Source: Thelocarpon superellum
Lineage: Eukaryota
DNA: 64,000 nucleotides
Assembly: GCA_026025795.1 (NCBI GenBank)
Contig: JAPEUG010000038.1
Location: 1-64,000 of the forward strand
Reading direction: 5' to 3'
Shown: positions 53,364 to 64,000 of the stretch, one piece after another
Position numbering within the stretch: position 1 is the first letter of the stretch
How the letters are laid out: each line of letters begins with the position of its first letter
Program-made: the position numbers and the translations under genes
The notes under the pieces: model-generated
Told to the model about the DNA's origin: nothing
Database searches by the model: none
What the model saw: only the letters and a program-made list of their open reading frames with translations

Positions 53364-53583
53364 GGTCATGGCTCGCCGGGATCATGGAGGAGGATGCACG
53401 GATCTACCATCACCTATGGGGCATTTTCTGACCGAGAGACGATCTCGCATTCAGAGACAGAGAGAGAAATTCCTGATGTACACATACGATCCCATTGCAT
53501 CCTCGCTATGGCGATGTGCAAAGTCCAAGACGGCTCGAAGATGCGGTAGTGCCGGGCGCACTCGCCAGGCCGGTCATCATTAG

Positions 53584-54054
53584 TCAGTTTTCGAGTGTGG
53601 TGATGCGTAAAACGAAATTGACCACGACGGCGGCCAGCAACAAGATGGCGAGGATGGTGGGCCCGAAACGGTCATCGAAGCCTCCTTGGCCCCTCGTTCG
53701 AATGCTTCGGGCGCGCCAATGGTAGGTGATCAGGGCGTAGACCATGGCCGCCATGGCGACGACGGTGAAGAGGCCGGCGCTGATGCGGCCCACGCTGTCG
53801 CCGAAGTTAAGCAGTCCGATGGCCAGACCACCCAGGATGACGGTAAAGTTCAGCCAGCTCAGAAAGGTTCGCTCGTTGGCGAAGAAGACCTTGGGCTCGA
53901 CGCGGACCGGGAGGGCGATGCGCTTGCCTGGACGACATCAGTCTGTGCCGCGCCACCGGGGCAGCGTCTTTCGAGCGCGGTCCTGGACGCCTGCGCCTGA
54001 TCGGCCTGGGGGAGACGTACCCGGTGCGGTCTGAAGCAGAGGTTGGGATGACAT
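53584..54054 (-). CDS. VTC1: Vacuolar transporter chaperone 1 (polyphosphate polymerase complex subunit); 2 exons
   Basis: [39 protein letters not shown]...[10 protein letters not shown]. Three TM segments; intron at about 53928-54020. Confidence 0.95.
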
Positions 54055-54498
54055 CTCGAGTGGGTGGGCGCGTTGACCACGCGGCGCCGCGACCTAACTG
54101 GACCCCTCCTGGGCGCGAGAGAGCTGCGGGCCGTCGAGATTGAGCTTCGTTGGGAGAGGAAGCTGTCCCCAGATCGATCAGCTTCGGCCTATCAGGTATG
54201 AGGGATGAGGAATGAGGGAGTCCACGCCGAGCGGAGGTCTTCTACCTCCACGATCAGAGGAGCGTCTTCACCGCAGCCATCGAGCACATTCCAGTCCTGT
54301 CGTGCCACCCTGCTCCTCTGACGCTCTTGACTTGGCCGGGGCAGCACGAGTAGTCCTTCTTTACTGGGCCTAGGCTGGCAAGCAGAGGGCGAGGTCTAAG
54401 CGAGACTGATATCGTGCCCCACTACGCGCGAATGATTCGTTCGCATCGAGGCTCCGCAGTTTGCCGAACTAACTTGAATTTCTGAACGACGAACGAAC

Positions 54499-55408
54499 AT
54501 GGTGCGGGCGAGTGAAGGGCCCGCAGCGCCAAGCGACCCCTACGGTAACGAGGAGACCGTCGCTGAGGCAAGTCGAGACGAGGCTATTGTCGACAGGAGA
54601 CAGACGCTCGGACTGCTGGCATGGTGGTCGTGGATAAACATTGCTGCAACACGCAAGCTGACGCACGACCACCCTCTTGACCAAATCATCCTACTCTGCA
54701 GCCTTCCTACAAGATGGAGAAAAGTACGGCACCTGCCAGCGTGACGAGCCCTGTGGGTGCACACAGTTGCGGGGTCGTCGCGGATTTGACTGATTCCTGG
54801 CGCAGCCATTCACTCCCGCCCGCCTCAGCCAGATTGCATCCGAGGTGAGCGGCGCCGTGGGCCACCGCCCGGCTGTCGGCCCGACCTTGCTGATGACCAT
54901 CTTAAAGGCCTGCAACGCAGCGTTGCGAGACGCCACGACGTACGATCACGCGCAGACGGAATCATGGAACAACACCATCATCGTATGTTGGCACCTGCGA
55001 CTCCCGACCAGAAGGAGAGATGGAGCCACGGGTTGGGCTGATCACGATCTTCACTGGCAGAACACCATCCTCCAGGCGTTGATCGCCGAGTCTCCCACCA
55101 CACCACCCAACAATGCTCCGGCCTTTAAATATGCCGTCAACAGTACCATCATCCAGCATCAGACCATCTCCACGACGACGGCCACGGCCACGGCCACGGC
55201 CGCGACGACGACCGACGAAGGCTCCTCGACCGCATCGGACGCGCTTGGTGGGACACGGAAAAAGCAACATAGCGAGCGCAGAGGGATGCACAGCGCCATG
55301 GGGGCGTATTGGAACAATGAGCGTGATGGCCTCTGGAGTTACAAGTATGACGGAGGCGAAGCACGGGGGATGGATGTCGTCGTCAGTCTCTTCTGGATTG
55401 GACTCTAA
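54499..55408 (+). CDS. Dynein light chain Tctex-1 family protein; 5' end uncertain
   Basis: Spliced PFTPARLSQIASE|ACNAAL...YDHAQTESWNNTII|NTILQALI...FKYAVNSTIIQH...RRGMHSAMGAYWNNERDGLWSYKY...DVVVSLFWIGL*. Exons from 54806 on are solid; the first exon is ambiguous. Confidence 0.85.
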
Positions 55409-55548
55409 GTGTGGGATGTGGAGTCAATGAAGCAAATGCCACCCCGCCTCTCCCCCAGTCTCTCCTCGGCCCGCTCCATGGTTGTGGTGATACCTCCACT
55501 GCTCGGTGTCCGCAGACCTGGTGCACGACGAAGGTGAGACATGGCCGT

Positions 55549-56471
55549 CTAGAGGCCAAACCTGAATCCTCCATTGGCGCAGATGACGCTGCCGGTACAC
55601 CATGCGGACTCTGCGCCGCAGAGCATGCCGACGACGCCGGCAATGTCATCGACGTGTGCAGGTCTGCCGCCCAACACGTCGGCCTTTTTCAGAAGCTCCT
55701 TGCTATCCAGGTCCTCACGCACGGCCATCAGCGGGGTCAATACGGTCCATGGCCGCAGGGCCGCCATGAGGGCATCCGGCGCGCGGTCCATCATGGCCGT
55801 CGCCACCGGGCCCGGATTGACCGAGTTGACGGTCGCCCGCTCGGCCAGCTCCCGTGCCCAGGTCCGCGTCATGCCATCCAGCGCGGCCTTGGTCCCACCA
55901 TACACCGAGTGTCCGCTCATGCCCGCGGTGGCGGCGATGCTCGAGACATTAACGATGCGACCGCTGCGATCGTGCGGCAGGTAGGGCAGCACCTCTCCCA
56001 CCAGCAGCAGCGGTCCCAACACATTGATGTTGTACATGCGGTAGAAGGCCTCGGGCGTCACCTCGCCGACCTTCGACCCGCCGCCCACGCCGGCATTGTT
56101 CACGAGGATGTCGACGCGAAAGGCGCCCGTCTTCGGGTCAGCGAAGTGCTCCTTCGCTCCGCTGACGAGTGTGCCGGCTCCGGCAGGATCGCCCAGGTCC
56201 GCTTGCACCGGGTGTACCCGCACGTCGTGGCTGGCTCGAAGCTCGGACGCTAGGGCTTCGGCATCGCGGGTGGAAGCGTCCGAGGCGTAGTTGAGCACAA
56301 GTGAACATCCCTTGCGCGCCAGATTTCGCGCCACACCCGCACCGATGCCTATGACGCATGGAGGTCAGCTTTACTCGGCTTTACTGCCCACTCCTGAGCG
56401 GGAACCTGTTGGACCTCACCTCTCGAAGAACCGGTGACAATGGCGAGTTTTTCTTTGAGCGGTTGCGACAT
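55549..56471 (-). CDS. Short-chain dehydrogenase/reductase (FabG-like); 2 exons
   Basis: MSQPLKEKLAIVTGSSR|GIG (TGxxxGxG), VDILVNNAG, GRIVNVSS, YGGTK (YxxxK), VNSVNPGPVAT and TGSVICANGG. Confidence 0.92.
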
Positions 56472-57270
56472 GATCCTCTCTTTTTCCTCCAAAGATTTGG
56501 GGCGATCTGATGAGGATGGAAGTTCATGTGCTGATGATCATGCCCATTCATCGAGGCACGGCCCCGGCAATTGTAGAGAGTCAATTCGGTCTCCATTTCT
56601 AAGCTGCTTCCCTTATTTGTCAGACTTGTTGATCTTCACCTACGTGACGTCCACCCAATGTCTATTTCTAACCTGTCTGAGATTGGATATGCAAGCGTCA
56701 AAAGTGGCCTGAGTGGGTGCACGACTCGGAAACCTAGTGTCCTCTTCGTCCGACGACGGACGAACGTACGCAGAACGAACTGTTTCAGCCAGCTCAGCAA
56801 TAGTCTTCTTCCTCGGATCTACGTTCACCCGTCCAGCTCAAGGCTTGTTGACGAGGCTGTGGACGACTAATTTCCTGAGTGATTAGGGAAATGAAATCTG
56901 GTGGTGGCCCTCCAAAGGAGCCGCAAGCGATTGTTGGAGGTGAGACTCTTGACTGGCCCGAAGGCGGAGGGATTGACCAAGTAGATTTCGCTCTTCATCT
57001 CCGCGAGTACGGACACATCCGTCGTCCGCGGTTGCTATTCGTCGCCGCGGCCCCTGGCCAGCACTCACTGGTACGACCGACGCACAGGCACTCTACCGTG
57101 ATTGCGGTGCCGACCTCCGTTGTCGAAGAAGTGGGGTAAATCTACGATTCTCTTCGTAGAAGTCGCAAAAGATGAGTCATTGGAAGTGATCGGTAGCATA
57201 CCCACCGACGGTAGTCCCTGATGCGACTGTCCAATCCATTGAGAATCGAACATGAAGAGGTGGCGGACGA

Positions 57271-57348
57271 GACTGGGTCGTCATCACGTAAGAAGTATAC
57301 GACTCCCGGGACTGGGTCGTCATCACGTCAGAAGTATGCGACTCCCGG
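57271..57348. repeat. 39-bp tandem duplication with 2 mismatches, intergenic
   Basis: GACTGGGTCGTCATCACGT(A/C)AGAAGTAT(A/G)CGACTCCCGG occurs twice. Confidence 0.9.
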
Positions 57349-57611
57349 GCCCGGCTCTTCCCTGCCTCTGTAGCCTGGCCATACGAAGAAGCGACGCGTG
57401 GGGCTTACGCAAGCTCGACGGGCAGGCAGGCCACTTGAAGGATAGCATGGGCGAGCTCCCTCGGCTCTAACCGAATCAAGTCAAGGTCTGCTGCAGTAGA
57501 GGTGTCTGCCTGATGGTCCAGCTCTCGGGCGGGGCAATGGCTTAAGAGGGTGCGAGCTGGAGAGCAAGCTTCTCCGATGCATCTGTCGTGAAGCGGATCG
57601 CTGTCGCAATC

Positions 57612-59438
57612 ATGTCGTCGCTGCCCTGTTACGTGCCTCCTCCGCCGTATTGTCCCCGCGACCCGAGTGGCACGTCTCGGCCACGAGCCATTGGCGACCA
57701 GCTGGTGCTGGGGGAGCAGCAAGAGAGCTCAAACGAGACGCACGGACGCGATGCAGATCCGCGCATCGCTGGCATCCTCCCAACACCCCCTGTGTCACCT
57801 GGTGTGAGCGATTCCAGTGCTCCTTTCAGCGGCCTGGATAGCGTGGATGACGTCGAGCACGCCGCAGCTTCGCCCATCGCTCGCTACTTCGCCTGCCGGG
57901 CACCGACGTTACCATGCCCTAGCGACGTCGTCGTGCATGACTTGATCATTCCTCAAGATGCTCGACCAGGGCATCTGCCGTTCCCACAGCCCGAAGCGCT
58001 GTGGCTTGCCCGAGAAGTCACGCATCTGGACTGGTTGACCTTCCTGAACTATCTCTTTCCGAATCATACGACGCGGACCAACGCGGAAATTGCGGAGAGG
58101 AAGCTCGTGGCGGAGCTTGAGTCCATTTACCAGGTAACGGGGGAAACAGTTGCCCGGAATGACAGCACAGCGAAGCTTTGCGAATGGTCGGGCGCGGCCA
58201 AAGATGGGGGTTTCCCGTCAAGCGAGGCCGTTGAGGAAGAGCGACAGAGGATCAAGGCGATAGTCGCAGAGTGGAACACGGGTTTCTTCCGGCTTCGCGG
58301 CATCGTGGTTGTCGGCAGCACCCATCCCTCTACCATCGAAGCCCCTGCCTCTGCCGACGCAGACTTTGACAATCGCCCAAGCCCGACGTCGAGCGCGGCC
58401 GATTCCCAGCGCGCCGCGAGAAATTTGGGCGAGATGGCCGACCCCTCACCTCTCGGAATGCTGAAAGTCCTCCGGCATTATGTCAACTCCAATCACACGG
58501 GCTCGAGCGGATCCAGATGCCCAATCGAGGCCTCTCGAGCGCACGTCCACACCCACGTTAGCCATCGACCGCGACGAGCCCGATCTTCATCCGCGTCAAG
58601 CAGCTCATCCTCGTCGTCGGACGCGTCTACGCGCTCGATCCGGTCCAAGACGTCTTCACTTCTCAACTGTCTCGACCTTGGCGATGCCAACACACTGCGG
58701 CACACTCTGATCGAGATGCTCGCCGCCAAACAGCAGCGGCCTGAGGGATCGTCAACTTTCCACGACCTCAGGCGCGAGATCAAACGGGCCCACAAGCAGA
58801 CATGGAAGGCGCAAAAGGAGTTCTTCCGGCTCGATCGCGAGACCAAGAAGGAGCTCAAAGGCACGCTTCATCGTGTTCGTGACGAGTACCGCGCCGAGTG
58901 GAAGCGGCAGAAGCGAGAGATTCACCAGGTAAAGCGTGACATCCACCACCCAGCCAGGCGCGAGAGGCGGTGCGAGACGAAGGGCGAGGACCGTACGCGC
59001 GGATCTGGCGGCTGTCATGGACGTGGCTGTGGCCGTGGCCATGGCCGTGGACGTGAACATGGACATGGACGTGAATGTGGACATGGACGTGAATGTGGAC
59101 ATGGACGTGAATGTGGACATGGACGTGAATGTGGACATGGACGTGAATGTGGACATGGACGTGGACGTGGACGTGAACGTGAACGTGGAAAAGGAGACGC
59201 GCATGTGCATGGGCATGAGCACGAAGTACCAAATGGCCTCGGCCGACTTGATCGCCACAGCCACGGCCACGGCCATTGGCACGGCTACTGGCAAGGGAGC
59301 AGACAAGGTCCCGAATCACGAGCTTCCGACACATCCAGTCTCTTCAGCCGTTCTTACCGCGCCCTGCCCTTCAGGCGCCGCCTTATCGATGCCGGTGTTA
59401 ACGATCAGGAATCGGGCATCATATCGACAGTGGGATGA
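57612..59438 (+). CDS. Hypothetical protein with a fungal-type core, Lys/Arg-rich helical region and (GHGREC)5 repeat
   Basis: Open frame of about 608 codons from ATG 57612. The globular-looking segment FPQPEALWLAREVTHLDWLTFLNYLFP...ERKL...IVAEWNTGFFRLRGI recalls uncharacterised fungal proteins (recognition only). Function unknown. Confidence 0.75.
   Translation: MSSLPCYVPPPPYCPRDPSGTSRPRAIGDQLVLGEQQESSNETHGRDADPRIAGILPTPPVSPGVSDSSAPFSGLDSVDDVEHAAASPIARYFACRAPTLPCPSDVVVHDLIIPQDARPGHLPFPQPEALWLAREVTHLDWLTFLNYLFPNHTTRTNAEIAERKLVAELESIYQVTGETVARNDSTAKLCEWSGAAKDGGFPSSEAVEEERQRIKAIVAEWNTGFFRLRGIVVVGSTHPSTIEAPASADADFDNRPSPTSSAADSQRAARNLGEMADPSPLGMLKVLRHYVNSNHTGSSGSRCPIEASRAHVHTHVSHRPRRARSSSASSSSSSSSDASTRSIRSKTSSLLNCLDLGDANTLRHTLIEMLAAKQQRPEGSSTFHDLRREIKRAHKQTWKAQKEFFRLDRETKKELKGTLHRVRDEYRAEWKRQKREIHQVKRDIHHPARRERRCETKGEDRTRGSGGCHGRGCGRGHGRGREHGHGRECGHGRECGHGRECGHGRECGHGRECGHGRGRGRERERGKGDAHVHGHEHEVPNGLGRLDRHSHGHGHWHGYWQGSRQGPESRASDTSSLFSRSYRALPFRRRLIDAGVNDQESGIISTVG
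59061..59162 (+). repeat. 18-bp coding minisatellite (GGACATGGACGTGAATGT)5 plus a partial unit
   Basis: Five perfect copies at 59061-59150 encoding GHGREC, flanked by degenerate GGACGT/GGACAT hexamers. Confidence 0.92.
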
Positions 59439-59588
59439 GAGCGGGAATAAGGGGTTTGCTTTTGAGCATTGAAGGAATCATGAACGAGTCAATGAATCAT
59501 GAGGGGCTAGTCAATACATCATGACCAACTTTCGTTCCGACCATCGATCGATACGTCATTTGATTGTGCTTTCTTTCCTTCCTTCTTT

Positions 59589-60406
59589 CTATTTCGACGC
59601 TGCTTCGTTCCGCTCAACGAGATCACCGACGCCCAGCCCCCTGCCCACCTTGACTTTCCGCTTCTTGCCACCCGACACGGGCGTCGTCTTCTTCTTCGCC
59701 GCTCCGCCGCCATCTTCCGCGCCCTCTGCATCACCAGTCTCCCCCTTCTTGGCCAAAGTCCCCACCTCGTCTCCCTCATCCGCCGCCGCCGCCGTCGCCG
59801 CCTCGTCTGCCTCATCGTCGCTGTCGTCATCCAGACCCTGTTCCCGGATGAAGCCCAGGTCCTGCTTCATGCTGTATGCGTCCTCGCCGTCGGCGTAGTA
59901 TTTCTGCTCCACCTTCTCCACCTTGAATTGCAGAGTGTCTCGGTAGAGATGTAATGCGGCGACGTTGGAGACTCGTACGTGTAGCGATACGTAGTGTGCC
60001 CCGAACGTCTCGACCATTGCTCTCTCTACGCCGACGTGGACGGCGTTAGCATGCCTGCATTGCACGACCAGGTAGCAGAGGAGGGAGACCCACGACTCTG
60101 CCGCATCAGTTTCTCCGCCAGACCAAGCCGCCGATGCGTGCGCATGACGGACAAGCTGGTGATATGACCGTGCTGGACCCCGTCCGCCGGGTCCTCCTCC
60201 ATCTTGGCCAGGACGTAGCCGACGATGCGAGGGGGATCATAGGGGGTTTTGGGAGGGCGGGAGGCGTCGACGGCGACGTAGGACAGCTGGGGCCATGACA
60301 GTGCGTGGTACAGGTAGTATTTGCAAAAGTAGTTTTCCGGTAGGTTGGTGATGTTGGTGGTTTGGACGTGCGGGATGTCCGAGGGTCGTAGTTGCCGGAT
60401 GTCCAT
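59589..60406 (-). CDS. ARD1: N-terminal acetyltransferase A catalytic subunit (Naa10); 2 exons
   Basis: [80 protein letters not shown] and [11 protein letters not shown]. Confidence 0.97.
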
Positions 60407-60859
60407 GGTGAGGTTGGGTGTGTTTGTGGTCTACGAGTTTGATCTTGTGTACGGACGTGGTCGAGGACTCAACGAGGGGGGAGTCGAAGGGTGGAATGGG
60501 GTGGGGTGCTGTCAAGTCTGCTTGCAGCTCACGCCGGATAGTTTTCGTTTGTGAGGTCTATCGTAGAGGGAGACACGAGTGGCATACTCGTACAGGCAGG
60601 GCTTCGGGGAGACGTAAGGGAATCTCAGGCGGTCTCGCCCGGGACTCCCGCCTAAGTGAACGGTTCTCCATGTTTCGCCCCGTAAACGTCAACTTTCAAC
60701 TTCTCGCCCCCCCCCCTCACACCCTCCCGGGATCTTCATCCCGCGCCTATCAAACACGCGCCGCGATTTTGGCCAACTCGACCACCGCCTGCTGCCTGAG
60801 CCAGCAAAGACTACCCGACACCACCGCATGGCACCAAGCCACCATGACAGGATGACAAG

Positions 60860-62666
60860 ATGAAGCGTACGACGCTCAACGGCGCCATGCCCTCGCGCAA
60901 GGCGACCTTCGCTGAGCGGGCGCAGAGCCTGGCGCAACTGATGGAAAAGTCCTCGGCGCAACTTCAGCGCGCTGGGAAGGACAACCGCGCGCGACCCCCT
61001 TCCCGGTCCGGGCCCGACCCCATCCGACGTACCCTGCACCTGTACGACCAGATTCGCGGCGACGTGGAGCAGGACCAGCGTAACGAGCTCGCGCGGCAGG
61101 CGCACCGCGAGGCCGTCGACAGCTTGCGGGTGGAGTTGCGCGACGACGTCCTTCACATGCTGCGCAAGGAGCTGTCGGACGGGGTGAAGGCGGACTTGCG
61201 CGAGGAGCTGCGCGACCAGCTGGCGCAGGATGTCGCGCACGAGCTGCGCCTCGAGCTCAGGGACGACGTCGTACGGGATCTTCGACTCGATTTGGGCTCG
61301 GACGTGGCGGAGGAGTTGCGTGAGGAGTTTGCCGAGGCGCTGGAGCCAGAAGTGAGGCACCAGCTGCGACATGTGCTGAGAGAGGGCGTCGTGGCGGATC
61401 TACGCGCAGAAGGGACCGAGATGCTGAAAGACGAGCTGCGGCGCGAGATGGCACTCGCGCTGGAGGCCGAGGTCGTGGCACAGTTGCGTGAGGAGTGGAG
61501 GGATTCGACGATGCGCGAGCTGCGTCGGGACTTGAAGGAGGACTTGAAGAGGGAGATCCAGCGTGGCATGTCGGCGGTGGCGGCGACGGACGACGACCGC
61601 GGGAGTCAAGACGACAGCCTCCATGATGCCAACGACAGCGCGTCGCGCAAACGACTCCGGACCCCGGACGGCGAGGCACAGCACGCAGAGGAATCGTCAG
61701 CAAAGAAGCAGCGCGTCAACGCCGAGCATCTTGAAGCCATCGCGACTCTTGCCAGTAGCATCCCGCTCGATCCTAACGTCGTCAGCGACGTCCGCTATCC
61801 TGATCTCAGCTTCCACGACCACGCCGATGAATCGCATACGCTCTCTCGATCACATCATGCGTTCCCCCTCGTCTATCCGCCGGGACTGGCACCTTCGGTC
61901 GATGATCTCGCCATGGACCAGTCCCAAGACTTTGTTACGGCCCCGTCCTCGGCGCCACTCAGCCAATACGAGACCAACCACTTCTCTACGGTCAACGTGG
62001 ACGCAGCGGGACTTCAGATACCCGGGACCAATGGCGATGGAGATCAGCGAAATCGTCTTATCCCCGGCGCGGAGGACGACGAAGAAGGAGAGACGTCGGA
62101 CGCGGACGCGGACGAAGATGAAGACGACGCGGAAGTAGGCGACGAGGAAGTGGAGGAGGGAGGGGAGAGCGAGGACGAGGGAGAAGACGAGGGCGAAGAG
62201 GAAGAGGGAGAGGAGAACGAAGAAATCTTCGACTCAGAAGACGAGACATCGATCCCCTCATCGCAACTTCACGGCGATTTGGCCGGGACCGCTGCCACAA
62301 CTGCATCCTCGACGCAGCAGAACGCACCGACAGAAGCCATCGTCGTTGATCTCTGCGATTCCTCGGATGACGATGATCAGCCTCGTGCGGTGGGTTTCGA
62401 TGGGGCCAACGACGAGGAGGATGAGGAAGACATAGAAGAGGATGGGCTTGAGGGGGAGGCAGGAGAGGATGAGGTTGAAGAGGAAGCGGATGAAGAGGAT
62501 GAGGCACTACCGGAGGAAGATGATGATGATGGAGATGGGGTCGAGGAAGGAGACGAGGAAGGGGAAGAGGAAGTGGAAGTGGAGGAGACGGTTGAACCGA
62601 TCAACGACGACAACAGTGAAGGTCACGAGGATGAGGGTGAGGATGAGGGCGGGGATGAGGGCGAGG

Positions 62667-62711
<45 letters not shown>

Positions 62712-62737
62712 GAGTGGCTGAAGACGAAGAATCATGA
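60860..62737 (+). CDS. Hypothetical intronless protein: LRxEL-repeat helical region, bipartite NLS-like segment, very acidic tail
   Basis: 625-aa ORF with GC3-rich codons. Repeated LR(D/E)EL(R) units at about aa 90-235, RKRLR...KKQR, and a D/E-rich C-terminal third. Confidence 0.75.
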
Positions 62738-62963
62738 CTTCAAAATGGGAGACGGTACAGCGTTGGCGGTACGCACGTTGGAGTATCGGTTCGTAGCCCT
62801 GCGTTAGAGAGCGTCGCATAGCACTAGGCGCAGTAGATTTGGTAAAACAGATCATGATATCAATGCATTACTACTCCAGGGTTGTGCTATTTACACATGG
62901 GTTGACGCTGTGTCGACGCCTTCATCATCAACATCGACCCCGTCGTCGCCGTCTATGGGCGGT

Positions 62964-63830
62964 TCAGAGAGCATCGACCCCCACCGGCCCGTCTTGCCGA
63001 TCGTCGTACGACGACATGGCATTCACAAGTTCAGCCTCGATGAGGGCGCTGAACTCCTCGTCGGACACGTTGGGGGTCTTATCGACGCTCAACGTCACCC
63101 CCAGCGCTACGCCGTCTCCTCGAGCTTCAGATGGGTTGAGGTGGCCCTTGAGAGACGTCGCGGTCCGCCCGTGAAAGACCACCACGTCGTCGTCGTCATC
63201 AGAGCTCTCGGCCGGAGGTGGCGCCTTGTACGGTGCTGGTCGGGCCTTTTTCGCCATGTGGTTGTTCTCGCCCAACCAGGCGTAGTCTCGCTTTCGTTTG
63301 CGAGCCGGCGCCGTTTGAGGCGGCGGAGTGGTGAGGTCAATGGTGGTGGACGAGCGCGATGAGCCTGGCAAGGGTGTGGACGAATCTAGCGCCGTCATCG
63401 GGGGGGCTTCCTCGACGGAATCGATGATATTTGCCACCTGGGCATCCACCGGTCGAATATCCTCAAGTTCCAACGCGGGGTCGGTGAGTGGGCCCGTGTT
63501 CGGGACTGCCGGTCGCAATTTCTCCGCGTCGTCGGTCGACCGCGCCAAGGTTTCCTGCAACGCCCGCGTCTCATCTCTAGAGACGGCGAGAGCGCGCTCC
63601 AGCTGTGTCACTTCCTCCCGCAGATGAGCCAGCTCGGCCTTGACATCGGCGTCTTTGGTTCGACCGGTGCGCGGGTTGACCACGGTCCATTCGGCGGCGA
63701 TGGACCGGAACTTGTCCAAGTCTTTCTTCAGCGTCTTGTTCTTCTCTCGCTCAGCGGCGAGGACTTTCTGAAGCTTGGCCAAATCCTTCTCCTGAATCGT
63801 TGCCTGGGGGTCCGGAACGGGGCCCGCCAT
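62964..63830 (-). CDS. Hypothetical coiled-coil protein with NLS-like and SIM-like motifs
   Basis: ATG 63830 in CAAATGG context downstream of a pyrimidine-rich leader; about 288 aa. Coiled-coil N-half, then TTIDLT, RKRKR...KKARP and DDDDDVVVF. Confidence 0.65.
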   Translation of the reverse strand: MAGPVPDPQATIQEKDLAKLQKVLAAEREKNKTLKKDLDKFRSIAAEWTVVNPRTGRTKDADVKAELAHLREEVTQLERALAVSRDETRALQETLARSTDDAEKLRPAVPNTGPLTDPALELEDIRPVDAQVANIIDSVEEAPPMTALDSSTPLPGSSRSSTTIDLTTPPPQTAPARKRKRDYAWLGENNHMAKKARPAPYKAPPPAESSDDDDDVVVFHGRTATSLKGHLNPSEARGDGVALGVTLSVDKTPNVSDEEFSALIEAELVNAMSSYDDRQDGPVGVDAL

Positions 63831-64000
63831 TTGTACGAGGTTCACGATTTTCGTGGTCGGTCGAGAGGGAGGAGAGATGGTGGTACGAGTGGCTGAGGGA
63901 GAAGAGTGCTGCCACTGGAGAGGTCGAGGGTAGAAGGGTGATTGAGAGGACGTGTGAGGGGGAGATGATGGATATGCCGGACGACTTCTTGCTGAGGTTA

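Noticed and set aside
57271..59162. CRISPR-like arrays at the 39-bp and 18-bp repeats
   Set aside because: These are head-to-tail tandem copies with no unique spacers and no cas genes, in a eukaryotic context.

Overview
Eukaryotic, GC-rich, gene-dense DNA from a filamentous ascomycete (Pezizomycotina), with short GT-AG spliceosomal introns and CTRAY-like branch points. The species cannot be determined from sequence alone. About 25 intact genes can be modelled. Most are conserved: a JmjC/Zn-finger protein, an RlpA/expansin-like secreted protein, HEM2, an RTA1-family protein, CCZ1, FMT1, two SDRs, palmitoylated casein kinase I, NUP133, DRE2, an STF2-like protein, SWC4, a p24/ERP1-type protein, RSP5, PAB2, an Hv1 proton channel, an AHC1-like protein, an Alba-like protein, VTC1, Tctex-1 and ARD1. 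Three intronless hypothetical genes lie at the right end. No tRNA, rRNA, CRISPR or intact transposon was seen. The main unexplained structure is an accessory island at about 17.6-22.2 kb holding three secreted, effector-like genes that the ORF track fragments because each is interrupted. One has only a single TAG at a Trp-like position in a UAG-editing-compatible context, so it is either a fresh pseudogene or a candidate for restorative A-to-I editing. Other points: a start codon split by an intron (STF2-like), a convergent pair of orphan genes that both carry NLS and SUMO-interacting-like motifs, and a (GHGREC)5 His/Cys repeat. Gene models were read by eye; family calls come from motif recognition, not database searches.
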